From positions 85,048-149,047 of the forward strand of contig JAAZJD010000021.1 in assembly GCA_012800525.1 (NCBI GenBank): a DNA stretch of 64,000 nt, written 5' to 3'. The position numbers and the translations under genes were made by a program. Source of the stretch: Clostridiales bacterium. Lineage in GTDB: Bacteria > Bacillota > Clostridia > Christensenellales > DTU072. The notes below the pieces were generated by a model. It made no database searches and was not told the origin of the DNA. It saw nothing but the letters and a program-made list of their open reading frames with translations. Positions 19,377 to 29,122 of the stretch are shown piece by piece. The first letter of the stretch is position 1, and the number at the start of each line of letters is the position of its first letter.

Positions 19377-20315
19377 TTATTTCTCGCTTTTTATATCAAA
19401 CAAACTATTTATATAATCCAAAATGTCTCCATAAACCTCTTGTTTATTAGTCTCATTTAAAATTTCATGGCGTGCTCCTGGATATTCTTTCAAGGAAACT
19501 TTTTTCATTCCTAGTTTATTAACATAAAAATCTTTTAATTTATATGCTAGTTTTCCTTTGCTAGAAACTGGATCATCACTTCCAAAAGTAATCAATATTG
19601 GAAAGTTTTTGTCGATTTTTTTAGCATCCTTTTTGTATAATCCTCTCAAGCCATTTAAGAAATAAAAATAGAAACCATTTGATTGTACATAACCACAATA
19701 TTCGTCATCTCTATATTTTTGTACTTCATTTGGATCTCTCGATAACCAAGCAAATTCTCCTTCAGATTCAAAACCTTTGTTATATGAGCTAAAAGAAAGT
19801 TTGTCTATAAACTTTGCGGGCTTATTTTTACCAGCTAGGAGTTTTATTAGACCCACAAATCCAACCAAAAGAGGATTTCCATTTGCTTTCATATAAGCAG
19901 TTCCAACTAGAACACAACCTTTAAGCATCTTGCTGTTAGTTTCAATGAATCTTTGTGAAAGGAAACTTCCATAACTATGTCCTAACATAACAACTGGAAC
20001 CCCATATTTTTCATTAGTATATTCAACAACTACTCTAATGTCTTGCAAAGTTTGTTGAAAACTATCTCCATCTACTAAAGCTTTCTCTCCGTCAACATTA
20101 TATTTATGTGCTCTATGATTACCAGCTAAAACAATATAGCCATTTTCATTTAAAAACTCAGCAAATCTATCATAACGTTCAGGATGCTCACACATCCCAT
20201 GATTGATAACAATTCCAGCAATAGGATCCTTTACTTCATCCCATACACAAACTGTCATTTCTTTATTATCAAATGTCTTTAATTTTAAAAAATCCATGAA
20301 AACCTCCCTATTCAT
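19377..20315 (-). CDS. Alpha/beta hydrolase (lysophospholipase/monoacylglycerol lipase-like)
   Basis: HGMCEH oxyanion region, nucleophile elbow GHSYGS and a C-terminal GARHE-type His. Its stop abuts the start codon of the lipoprotein gene. Confidence 0.7.
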   Translation of the reverse strand: MNREVFMDFLKLKTFDNKEMTVCVWDEVKDPIAGIVINHGMCEHPERYDRFAEFLNENGYIVLAGNHRAHKYNVDGEKALVDGDSFQQTLQDIRVVVEYTNEKYGVPVVMLGHSYGSFLSQRFIETNSKMLKGCVLVGTAYMKANGNPLLVGFVGLIKLLAGKNKPAKFIDKLSFSSYNKGFESEGEFAWLSRDPNEVQKYRDDEYCGYVQSNGFYFYFLNGLRGLYKKDAKKIDKNFPILITFGSDDPVSSKGKLAYKLKDFYVNKLGMKKVSLKEYPGARHEILNETNKQEVYGDILDYINSLFDIKSEK

Positions 20316-20419
20316 AAAACAAATTATATGTTAAATTTTAACATTATATTAAAAATAATATCAAGCTATTAATATCTAAAATAACATATGCTTGAATATC
20401 GGAAAAGTTATCGAGTGTT

Positions 20420-22435
20420 TTAAGTTATTGAAACTTTATCTAAATTATGACTTAAGGCATATGCTAAAAGTTCATAACGCATAGTTTTGACATCTATACT
20501 TGCTACTATTTCTCCAATATTTTCAATATAACTTATTGGCAAACTAAAAGCTGAAGAAAAATAACCACTTTGCTCTTGTCCATACCAAGCTCCTGGTCCT
20601 CTTGCTTTAAAATCGTACTCTGCAATTTCCATTCCACTTTCCATTTTACTAAACATTTCTAATCTTTCATTATCTTCATTTTTAGCTAATAAAAAGCAAT
20701 ATGACTCTTTGCCATCTCGACCAATTCGCCCCCTTAACTGATGAAGAGTAGCAAGTCCAAATCTATCAGCGTCAAATATTACCATTAAATTTGCATTGGG
20801 CACATCTATTCCAACTTCAACAACGGTAGTGCTTATTAAAATCGAAATTTTATTACTATGAAAATCTTCTAGTATTGATTGTTTTTGTGATAAAGATAAT
20901 TTGCCGTGCAAATATCCTAGCTTTACTTCCTTTCCAATTTTTTCATTTAACTCCTTATATAGTCTATCTACATTTGCAGTTTCTATGCCTTCACAGTCAT
21001 AAATTTTAGGAGCAATAAAAAATGCTTGTGCTCCTTCTCTACATCTTTCTACTATGTATTTATACATATCACTTGATTTTTCAATAGGCACTATTCGAGT
21101 TTTAACTCTGCTTTTTGAAAATCTATTTTCAATTTGAATATAATCAATCTCTCCAAGCATGATAAATCGGAGTGATCTTGGGATTGGAGTGGCAGACAAC
21201 ATTAATATATCGGTATTTTTAGACTTTGTAATAAGCATATTTCTTTGCGAAACACCAAATCTATGCTGCTCATCTATGATAACTAAAGAAAGTTTTTTAA
21301 ACTTCACAGACTCAGATAATAATGAGTGAGTGCCAATGATGATATCAATTTGCCCCTCTTTTAATTCTTTTAGTATTTTCTTTTTTTTCGACAATAAAAC
21401 ATTTGAGGTCAACAGTGAAACATTTATTTGAAAATGATCTAATAAATTGACAAAATTATTATAGTGCTGAATAGCAAGCACTTCTGTTGGAGCGATAAAA
21501 GCAACTTGAAACCCAGATAATATCGCAAAATATGCACTTATTAAGCTGACAACTGTCTTTCCACTTCCCACATCTCCAGCTAAAAGTGCATTAAGAGGTT
21601 TTTTTGATTTTAGCAAACTAATTATTTTGCATACAGCTTTTTCTTGAGATTCATTTAATTTGAAGGTCAAAGAAGAAATTAATGGTTCTAAGTCACCTAT
21701 TTCTACATTGTAGACATTTTGTCGACTTTTATCCAAATTTAATGCTTTATATGCACAGGCTTTTTTTACTATTTCATCAAGCTCTATCCTTATACTTGCA
21801 TGTTTTCCTTGTTCAATGCTTTCTGGCATATGAACAAAATTTAAAGCATTTTCATATTCCATTAAATTGAACTCTTTTTCAACTTCTTTTGGGATAAAGC
21901 CCTTTAAGTTTGACTTTTTTAATGCATCACTTACAATTGCTGCATATGTTTGCTGCGGAATACTTCTCCTTAAAGGATATATTGCAGAAATTCCAGTAAA
22001 CTTAGTAAAATTTTCTTGAAATTTCTCAAATTTCGGATTAACAAGTTGATATCCTTTTTCTATTGAAATTTTACCAAAAACCCGTATAAATTCGTTTGCC
22101 TCTAAAGTTTTATAAACATATGAAGCATTGAACCAAGATAATTTAACATTTTCACCTTTATCAGTTTTTCCATTGGCTCTTACCAACAAACTACCTCTAA
22201 TTTTATAGGGCTTTGATATGGAAGTAATATAAAGCTTTAAAAGCACATAATCGCCATCTTCTACTTTATCTAAAAATGTAGGTGCATCTAAATCAACATA
22301 TCGGCAAGGTAAAAAATTAACCAAATCACTAAGAGATGTGATGCCTAAATCATTTAACTTTTTTTCAGTTACTGGTCCTACGCCTTTTACATCACTTAAA
22401 TTAAAATCTTTAGTCATTGACAAACCTTGTTTCAT
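20420..22435 (-). CDS. recG: ATP-dependent DNA helicase RecG
   Basis: Walker A GDVGSGKT, DEQH box IIDEQHRFG, motif VI HQLRGRIGR and an N-terminal wedge region. The alternative start at MTKDF (6 codons in) cannot be excluded. Confidence 0.9.
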   Translation of the reverse strand: MKQGLSMTKDFNLSDVKGVGPVTEKKLNDLGITSLSDLVNFLPCRYVDLDAPTFLDKVEDGDYVLLKLYITSISKPYKIRGSLLVRANGKTDKGENVKLSWFNASYVYKTLEANEFIRVFGKISIEKGYQLVNPKFEKFQENFTKFTGISAIYPLRRSIPQQTYAAIVSDALKKSNLKGFIPKEVEKEFNLMEYENALNFVHMPESIEQGKHASIRIELDEIVKKACAYKALNLDKSRQNVYNVEIGDLEPLISSLTFKLNESQEKAVCKIISLLKSKKPLNALLAGDVGSGKTVVSLISAYFAILSGFQVAFIAPTEVLAIQHYNNFVNLLDHFQINVSLLTSNVLLSKKKKILKELKEGQIDIIIGTHSLLSESVKFKKLSLVIIDEQHRFGVSQRNMLITKSKNTDILMLSATPIPRSLRFIMLGEIDYIQIENRFSKSRVKTRIVPIEKSSDMYKYIVERCREGAQAFFIAPKIYDCEGIETANVDRLYKELNEKIGKEVKLGYLHGKLSLSQKQSILEDFHSNKISILISTTVVEVGIDVPNANLMVIFDADRFGLATLHQLRGRIGRDGKESYCFLLAKNEDNERLEMFSKMESGMEIAEYDFKARGPGAWYGQEQSGYFSSAFSLPISYIENIGEIVASIDVKTMRYELLAYALSHNLDKVSIT

Positions 22436-22477
22436 AACCTTCTAAAATCAAATATCAATAATAAAGTTGTAAAATAA

Positions 22478-24127
22478 TTATTCTACAGAAACATAAAAAT
22501 GATAGTGCTGTTGGCCACCTTCATAAACCATAATATCAAAAAATGGATATTTCTCAGCAAGTTTATCTTGTATACCTTGTGTATCTTCTCTAGTCATTCC
22601 TTCCCCATAGTATAAGCTAATCGTGGTACTATTTTCTTTATCTGCTGAAATCAACTTATCAATCAAATCGAGTGTTACTGTCTCTAAATCTGTACCCTTA
22701 GATACCAAAGTTCTATCTAATGCAATATGGTCTCCTACTTCTAAATCAAACCCATCTAATTCTGTTTTCTTAACTGATTTTGTAACCTGTCCTGCACGTA
22801 CAGCACCCATAACTCTTCTTGTCATTTCAATGTTAGCTTCAGGTTCTAATGACACATCAATATTCATCGCAGCAGCTATGCCTTGAGGAATATTTTTTGA
22901 AGGAATAACTATTAAATTTTTCTTAACAATAGCCCTTGCCTGTTCTGCAGCTAAAACAATATTGCTGTTATTTGGCAAGATATAGACAGTTTTTGCATTT
23001 AATTTATCTACTGCTTCAGCAATATCTTCAACACTTGGATTCATTGTTTGACCACCAGGTATTATCTTATTAGCACCTAGCTCTTTAAATATATTGCTAA
23101 TTCCCTCACCATTACAAATAGCAACGATTCCAGCTTCAAGCTCCTCTTGTTGTGCTTCTTCTTCAATTTGCATTTGTTTCTTTTTAACAATCTCTCTATG
23201 TTGTTCAAGCATATTTTCAATTTTAGGATGATGAATTTCGCCAAGTTTTAATGCATGAGTCAAAGCAATGTCTGGATTATTAGTATGAACATGAACCTTT
23301 ATCATACTAAGGTCACCTGCAACCATTACGCAATCTCCAATTTTTTCAAGATTTACACGCAATTTATCAAGATCTGCCATAGTGGTCTTTTTAAACAAAT
23401 TAATTACAAAATATTCTGTACAATATGCATACTTTATATCTTCGATGTTTTCAACTTCTAAAACCGAATCATCAGCAAACTCAATTACTTCTTCTTGTAT
23501 TTCATCTTGAGGAATCCCTGCAAGCTCGTTATACATTCCATACAATAAAACTAACAAGCCTTTTCCACCAGCATCAACTACTCCTGCCTTTTTTAAAACA
23601 GGAAGCTGATTTGGAGTGTTAGCTAAAACTTCTTCACCATGTTTTAAAATTGCTTCGAAATAGTCAATAAAATTATTTTTCCTTGCTGAAATTCTATATG
23701 CATAATTTGAAACAAGTCTAATGACTGTTAAAATTGTCCCTTCTTGGGGCTTTGTAACAACATCATATGCTACTTTGGAACCATTTTTTAAAGCTCTAGT
23801 AAATGTTCTTGTTGTGATTTCATTTGCTTCAGCAAATACAGAAGCCATTCCTTTTAAAATTTGTGATAAAATAACACCGCTATTTCCTCTAGCACCCTTC
23901 AATGCCCCACGAGTTAGAGCCTCACACATCTCTATCATTGTTGGATTTTTGACAGAATTAAGCTCATTGACAGTAGTCTTCATAGTTAAATACATATTTG
24001 TTCCTGTATCGCCATCTGGAACAGGATAAACATTTAAACTATCAACTAATGCCTTATTGTTGCTAAGATTTTTTGTTGCACCAACAAAAATATCTCTTAG
24101 TTTTTCTGCCTTTAAACTTATAATCAT
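22478..24127 (-). CDS. DAK2 domain fusion protein (YloV family)
   Basis: N-terminal Dak2 motif VYPVPDGDTGTNM. It is 549 aa and lies in the conserved position between the Asp23-like gene and recG. Confidence 0.85.
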   Translation of the reverse strand: MIISLKAEKLRDIFVGATKNLSNNKALVDSLNVYPVPDGDTGTNMYLTMKTTVNELNSVKNPTMIEMCEALTRGALKGARGNSGVILSQILKGMASVFAEANEITTRTFTRALKNGSKVAYDVVTKPQEGTILTVIRLVSNYAYRISARKNNFIDYFEAILKHGEEVLANTPNQLPVLKKAGVVDAGGKGLLVLLYGMYNELAGIPQDEIQEEVIEFADDSVLEVENIEDIKYAYCTEYFVINLFKKTTMADLDKLRVNLEKIGDCVMVAGDLSMIKVHVHTNNPDIALTHALKLGEIHHPKIENMLEQHREIVKKKQMQIEEEAQQEELEAGIVAICNGEGISNIFKELGANKIIPGGQTMNPSVEDIAEAVDKLNAKTVYILPNNSNIVLAAEQARAIVKKNLIVIPSKNIPQGIAAAMNIDVSLEPEANIEMTRRVMGAVRAGQVTKSVKKTELDGFDLEVGDHIALDRTLVSKGTDLETVTLDLIDKLISADKENSTTISLYYGEGMTREDTQGIQDKLAEKYPFFDIMVYEGGQQHYHFYVSVE

Positions 24128-24139
24128 AACTATTTTATG

Positions 24140-24490
24140 TTACAAGCGAACACCTACAACATGGACGTTAACAGACTTAACAATCATACCTGTAATGTAT
24201 TCAACATTATAGGTAATTGACGATTTTAGACTATCAATTACAGCCTCTTTATTAACTCCATCTTTTAATATTACATATATTTCGATATATATTTTATTTT
24301 CACTTGTAAGAACTTTTACACCTTTACTAATTGATTCTTTCCCAAATAATGAGAGAAGACTATCGGAAATTCTACGCGAAACAAGGCTAGATACACCATA
24401 ACACTTCAATGCAGTACTACCTACAATTTTAAAAATAACATTATCATAAATGGTAATATTTCCATAAATGTTTGAAGTATTTAGTGCCAT
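24140..24490 (-). CDS. Asp23/Gls24 family envelope stress protein (YloU-like)
   Basis: 116 aa, matching Asp23 family size and pattern (ISDSLLS...VKV...V.I.V..GVN). It is divergent from rpmB as in Bacillus. Confidence 0.75.
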   Translation of the reverse strand: MALNTSNIYGNITIYDNVIFKIVGSTALKCYGVSSLVSRRISDSLLSLFGKESISKGVKVLTSENKIYIEIYVILKDGVNKEAVIDSLKSSITYNVEYITGMIVKSVNVHVVGVRL

Positions 24491-24667
24491 GAACAGAACT
24501 CCTATGTATTCTTTAATATATATTAAATGTTAATTAAAATCAACTATTCTTAAGATTACCATAATCGTTATTACTTTTAGTAATACCAGCCATCATATAT
24601 GCCAAGTTATTAAATATTTTACCATTTGGCACACTTACTTTTTATTAATCGGATATCAATAATTTTG

Positions 24668-24696
24668 TTGCAATCTTAGAAAATACTAGATATAAT
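24668..24696 (+). promoter_or_regulatory. Sigma-A type promoter of rpmB
   Basis: TTGCAA (24668-24673), a 17-nt spacer, then TATAAT (24691-24696). The AAGGAGG RBS is at 24711-24717 and the ATG at 24727. Confidence 0.7.
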
Positions 24697-24726
24697 ACTA
24701 TAGCAAATGAAAGGAGGTGTTACCTT

Positions 24727-24915
24727 ATGGCAAGAAAATGTAGTGTATGTGGGAAAGGCCCAATGAGTGGAAACAAAGTTAGCCACAGTAATATTAAAAC
24801 TAGAAAAAGTTGGAGTGCAAATCTTCACAAAGTTAAAGATTCCGCAGCAGGCGAAGGTGGAAAATATATTTGCACAAGATGTATGCGTACTGAAAGAAAA
24901 AACGCTAATATATAA
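24727..24915 (+). CDS. rpmB: 50S ribosomal protein L28
   Basis: MARKCSVCGKGPMSGNKVSHSNIKTRKSW..NL is the L28 signature, in a 62-aa protein. Confidence 0.95.
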   Translation: MARKCSVCGKGPMSGNKVSHSNIKTRKSWSANLHKVKDSAAGEGGKYICTRCMRTERKNANI

Positions 24916-24939
24916 TAACACCTAAAATTTACAAAAAAC

Positions 24940-24967
24940 AAAGACCACTTTGAGAGTGGTCTTTTTT
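24940..24967. terminator. Bidirectional Rho-independent terminator between convergent rpmB and rpe
   Basis: 10-bp stem AAAGACCACT (24940-24949) / AGTGGTCTTT (24955-24964). An A-run lies upstream and a T-run downstream. Confidence 0.85.
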
Positions 24968-25008
24968 ATTAGTATATAAATTTTGTAGCTATAGCAACTA
25001 TTTAATAG

Positions 25009-25662
25009 TTATTTTCTCAAGTTTTCAATTGTTTTTTTAGGATTATTTGCCTTATATACTGCACTACCAGCAACTATCACATTTGCACCAGATTCTTTGG
25101 CTAAAGCGACATTATCTTCAGTTATTCCACCATCTATTTGAATATCAACGTTCAATTTATTTTCGTCAATATATTTTTTTGCAATTTTGACTTTATCTAA
25201 TGAATCTGGAATAAACTTTTGTCCTCCATAACCTGCGTTAACGCTCATAATTAAAATCATATCAATATAATCTAGCAAATATAAATATGGCTCAATCGGG
25301 ACTTTAGCATTAATAACAATGCCTGCTTTTTTCCCTTTAGCTTTAATTAAAGAGATAGTTTCAATAGGATTTTTACTTGCTTCTGGATGAAAGGTAATAA
25401 TATCAGCTCCTGCATCTGCAAACTCTTCAACATATCGTTCAGGTTTTGTAATCATTAAATGAACATCCAATGGGAGAGTAGTTATTTTTTTTATAGCACG
25501 TATCATAGGCATGCCAAAGGTAATATTTGGAACATAAACACCGTCCATCACATCACAATGAACCAAATCTGCACCCCACTCTGACAGTAGTCTCACGCTC
25601 CTTTCCATATTTACAAAATCTCCAGCCAAAATTGAAGGAGCTATTAATATTTTTTTATTCAT
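25009..25662 (-). CDS. rpe: Ribulose-phosphate 3-epimerase
   Basis: PSILAGDF, HCDVMDG.YVPN, DVHLMI and DGGI blocks are typical of Rpe. Confidence 0.95.
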   Translation of the reverse strand: MNKKILIAPSILAGDFVNMERSVRLLSEWGADLVHCDVMDGVYVPNITFGMPMIRAIKKITTLPLDVHLMITKPERYVEEFADAGADIITFHPEASKNPIETISLIKAKGKKAGIVINAKVPIEPYLYLLDYIDMILIMSVNAGYGGQKFIPDSLDKVKIAKKYIDENKLNVDIQIDGGITEDNVALAKESGANVIVAGSAVYKANNPKKTIENLRK

Positions 25663-25678
25663 TACACCCTCTTATAAT

Positions 25679-25720
25679 AATGTTGCTTGAATTTAACCAG
25701 TGTAAATGGTTAGCAACATT
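25679..25720 (-). other. Extended hairpin between rsgA and rpe (possible processing or attenuation element)
   Basis: Outer 9-bp stem AATGTTGCT (25679-25687) / AGCAACATT (25712-25720) encloses an inner AACCA/TGGTT stem. No clear U-run follows it on the minus strand. Confidence 0.3.
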
Positions 25721-25799
25721 AGTTTCATATATTCATCTTGAATCACTCTATTTCTAATCTCATGCAAGCTTCTCATAACAACAAAATTAAATAGCATAT

Positions 25800-26672
25800 T
25801 TATATAAATTTTTCATCGTATGCAGTTTTAACTTCTTTATAAATTTGCAAATAGCGATTATATCTACCTGAATCGATTTTACCATCTTCATAAGCTTGGA
25901 TTACCGCACAATCTGGCTCATTTATATGTAAACAAGAAGAAAATCTACATCTATTTTGAATCTCTAAAAATTCGTGATAGAAATCTTTTAATAGATTTGG
26001 CTCTTTATCAACTAACGTTAGCACGCTAAATCCAGCTGTATCCATGACCATTCCACCTAGCACTTTATATATTTCTACATGCCTAGTTGTATGCTTGCCT
26101 CTACTAATTTTTTCAGATAACTTAGCTGTTCTAAGATCTAAGTCTAAGATTGAATTCAATATGGTTGTTTTGCCAACAGCACTTTGTCCAGCTAAACAAG
26201 TAACACCCTCTTTAAATACATCTTTTAATTCATCAAGGTTGTCTTTTTCAGTGGCAGAAATTGTTATACATTTCATAAACTTTTTATAAGGTAATAATAA
26301 TCTATCAATTTCCTCTTTCACAATCAAATCTGCTTTGTTGAAGCAAATAATTGGCTCAATACCATTTGCATAACAATTAATTATCATCTTATCAACTAAT
26401 AAAAAATCTGGTTCTGGCTCTTTTGCAATAACAATTAAAGCTTTATCAATATTTGATACGTTTGGTCTTATCAAAGAATTGGTTCTTGGAAGAATTTTTT
26501 CTATATTTGCAAACGAATCCTCGATGGTAAACTCGACATTATCACCGACATATAAGTTATCTATTAACTTAATTCTTCCTCTAGGGCGGCCTTTGAAAAT
26601 TTTATCTTCAAACATAACTTCAAATCGATCTGCCTTTTTTTTAGAAATTTTTCCAAGAAATGTTTTTTTCAT
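25800..26672 (-). CDS. rsgA: Ribosome small subunit-dependent GTPase A
   Basis: Circularly permuted GTPase (NKADL ... GQSAVGKTT) with a C-terminal zinc motif C.FSSCLHINEPDCAV. Confidence 0.9.
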   Translation of the reverse strand: MKKTFLGKISKKKADRFEVMFEDKIFKGRPRGRIKLIDNLYVGDNVEFTIEDSFANIEKILPRTNSLIRPNVSNIDKALIVIAKEPEPDFLLVDKMIINCYANGIEPIICFNKADLIVKEEIDRLLLPYKKFMKCITISATEKDNLDELKDVFKEGVTCLAGQSAVGKTTILNSILDLDLRTAKLSEKISRGKHTTRHVEIYKVLGGMVMDTAGFSVLTLVDKEPNLLKDFYHEFLEIQNRCRFSSCLHINEPDCAVIQAYEDGKIDSGRYNRYLQIYKEVKTAYDEKFI

Positions 26673-26685
26673 ATATTACCTAAAA

Positions 26686-27750
26686 TTAATAACAAGGTTT
26701 TAATTGCTCTAACGCAACATTATCCCCTAAATATTTTCTTTTGAGTTGTCCACAAGCCCCCTCTATATCTTCGCCCAAGCTTTTTCTTAACGTTATGTTG
26801 ACCCCATATGATGAGACTATTTTCATAAACTTGACAATATCTTTATTTTCAATATGAATATGCTCATTACCATCTATCGGATTGGCTTTAATAAGATTAA
26901 CGTGGGCACTTTTTTCAGCAAGCAACGAACCAAGAGCATGCGCATCTGTTTCAGAGGAGTTTTTTCCTGGAATTAAAGCATACTCATAAGTAACTCTTCT
27001 ACCTGTTTTATCAAAATAATATTCACTTGCAGATAAGATATCTGCAATACCAAATTTTTTAGAAACTGGCATAATTTTTTTTCTTTCATCATCAGAACTT
27101 GAGTGCAATGATATTGATAGATTAATACCAAGATTTGAGTTTGCTAGCATTATTATTTTATCAGCTAACCCACAAGTAGATATTGTTATATTTCGGCGAC
27201 TAATATTTATTCCATCTTCTGAAGAAACTAATTTTAAAAATTTTTCAACATTCTCATAATTATCTAGAGGCTCCCCGCTTCCCATTAAAACGATATTAGC
27301 AATTCCTCGCCTATCTTTTGTTTTATTAAGCCTATTAATAGATAAAACTTGTGATAACATTTCACCAGCGGTTAAATTTCTTTCAAGCCCATATTTACCA
27401 CTAGCACAAAAAGAACAACCCATTCGACAACCAATTTGGGTCGAAATACATACAGTGCATCCATAACTATTTACAAGATAAACACTTTCTATAAGATGAT
27501 CATCATGGGTTTTAAATAAATATTTTTTTGTCTTATCCTGACCTGTAACAAAACCTAGCAATGTCAAAGATGTATCTAAATAATCTTTTTTAAAACTTTC
27601 AATTAAATCAGATGGTAAATTAGAAACTTCTTCCCATCGCTTATATTGAGTTGACATTTCAAGTAGCTGTTTAGCTCTAAATATAGGAAATCCTCTATCT
27701 GTTACTTCTTTTTGTAGTTCCGCATAAGTCAAATCTTGTAAACTAAGCAT
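26686..27750 (-). CDS. rlmN: 23S rRNA/tRNA (adenine2503-C2)-methyltransferase, radical SAM
   Basis: Radical SAM cluster motif GCRMGCSFCASG, a C-terminal catalytic Cys region (GACGQL) and RlmN size. Confidence 0.9.
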   Translation of the reverse strand: MLSLQDLTYAELQKEVTDRGFPIFRAKQLLEMSTQYKRWEEVSNLPSDLIESFKKDYLDTSLTLLGFVTGQDKTKKYLFKTHDDHLIESVYLVNSYGCTVCISTQIGCRMGCSFCASGKYGLERNLTAGEMLSQVLSINRLNKTKDRRGIANIVLMGSGEPLDNYENVEKFLKLVSSEDGINISRRNITISTCGLADKIIMLANSNLGINLSISLHSSSDDERKKIMPVSKKFGIADILSASEYYFDKTGRRVTYEYALIPGKNSSETDAHALGSLLAEKSAHVNLIKANPIDGNEHIHIENKDIVKFMKIVSSYGVNITLRKSLGEDIEGACGQLKRKYLGDNVALEQLKPCY

Positions 27751-27838
27751 TAAGTTCTCTCCTAAATTCTATCATTTTTATTATACTAAAATTTTCTATA
27801 CTTTTCTAGATGCTATCGAAAATTATCAGCTTACAAAA

Positions 27839-29122
27839 TTAACAAATTTTAACAAGTTTTGCTGCAAAAAAACCTTCATTAGAATTAATATTAGGCAATA
27901 ACTTTAAAAAACGAAAATCATCTAAATGGTTATCTTTTTCACAATCAATAGGTGTTATATTACAAAGTTCAAAATTAGCATTTTGCTTTAAAAACCTTTC
28001 AATAATACCTTCATTCTCTTCTCTCAAAAAAGTACAAGTTGAATATATTAAAAAACCATCTTTTTTTACATAATTTGCACAATTTGATATTAATTGAAAC
28101 TGAATATTTGATAAGGCAGTTATGTCACTTTCTTTTATGTTTAAAGCTATATCTTGCCTTTTATTTAAGACACCAAGTCCGGAACATGGTGCATCAACTA
28201 AGACAGCATCATACAAATCATTTCTAATCGTATTTTCTATAGTGCTGTCTTCTAAAAATGTATTAATATTAACTTTCATCCTCTTAGCATAGGCTTTAAT
28301 CAATTCAACTCTATGTTCATGAATTTCTAAAGCATCTATTTTTGCTCCGTGCTCTGCTAAATAAATAGACTTGCCTCCAGGAGCTGCACATGCATCTAAA
28401 ATATATGCCCCCTCCACATTGCCAAAAAGCTTGCAAATTAATATTGAACCATGAGATTGAGCCGTTGCAAAACCTTTTTCAAATCCCTTCTTTAAAAAAT
28501 CATCTATTTTGCCACTATATCCACATGCTAATTTTCTAACTTCTTTTTTTAATATTGCATCTTCAAGCCATGAAAGAAAGTTATCTACCTCTTGTTTATC
28601 AAAGATATCACTTTCTTCCAAATTGTGCCTTAGCCTAAATTCCAAAGTGTTATCATTTGATTTTTTTAAAATATCTTTATAATGTAAGGGATATTGTGTT
28701 TTAATTTTTTTATATAACCATAATGGAATATTGTATAAGCTTTCTGGGTCATTTTCATCTACTTTATACTCTTTATTGCAAACTTTCTTTAAAACTGCAT
28801 TAACAAAACCAGCAGCACTTTTTTGATTAATTTTTTTTACTAGATTAACACATTCATTTACAACAACATAATTTGGAGTTTTTAAATTTAATATGGAAAA
28901 TACTCCTATCTGTAATATTATTTTAACTTTGTTGTCAGGCTCTTTTTTTATGAGATGCTTTAAAATTTTATTAATTAAAAAATAATTTTCAAGCACACCA
29001 TATGTAATAACTGTAACCTTTGACTGATTTTCAAAATCTTGTTTTGATAGTGCTATATTTGCATATGCGCCATCTTCTAAAATTTGCTGTAAAACTAGAT
29101 AACTATTATAAAACTCGCTCAT
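27839..29122 (-). CDS. rsmB: 16S rRNA (cytosine967-C5)-methyltransferase
   Basis: NusB-like N-terminus, SAM motif DACAAPGGKS, the catalytic Cys motifs DAPCSG and YSTCT, and the fmt-rsmB synteny. Confidence 0.85.
   Translation of the reverse strand: MSEFYNSYLVLQQILEDGAYANIALSKQDFENQSKVTVITYGVLENYFLINKILKHLIKKEPDNKVKIILQIGVFSILNLKTPNYVVVNECVNLVKKINQKSAAGFVNAVLKKVCNKEYKVDENDPESLYNIPLWLYKKIKTQYPLHYKDILKKSNDNTLEFRLRHNLEESDIFDKQEVDNFLSWLEDAILKKEVRKLACGYSGKIDDFLKKGFEKGFATAQSHGSILICKLFGNVEGAYILDACAAPGGKSIYLAEHGAKIDALEIHEHRVELIKAYAKRMKVNINTFLEDSTIENTIRNDLYDAVLVDAPCSGLGVLNKRQDIALNIKESDITALSNIQFQLISNCANYVKKDGFLIYSTCTFLREENEGIIERFLKQNANFELCNITPIDCEKDNHLDDFRFLKLLPNINSNEGFFAAKLVKIC

Noticed and set aside
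20316-20419. Possible short duplication of the recG 3' end (AAGTTATCGAG vs AAGTTATTGAA, 18-nt offset).
   Set aside because: Only about 9 of 11 nt match over a very short AT-rich stretch. This is not distinguishable from chance.
24676-24921. 81-aa minus-strand ORF overlapping rpmB.
   Set aside because: It is antisense to an unmistakable L28 gene that has its own promoter, RBS and terminator. The ORF is Cys/Phe/Thr-rich nonsense.
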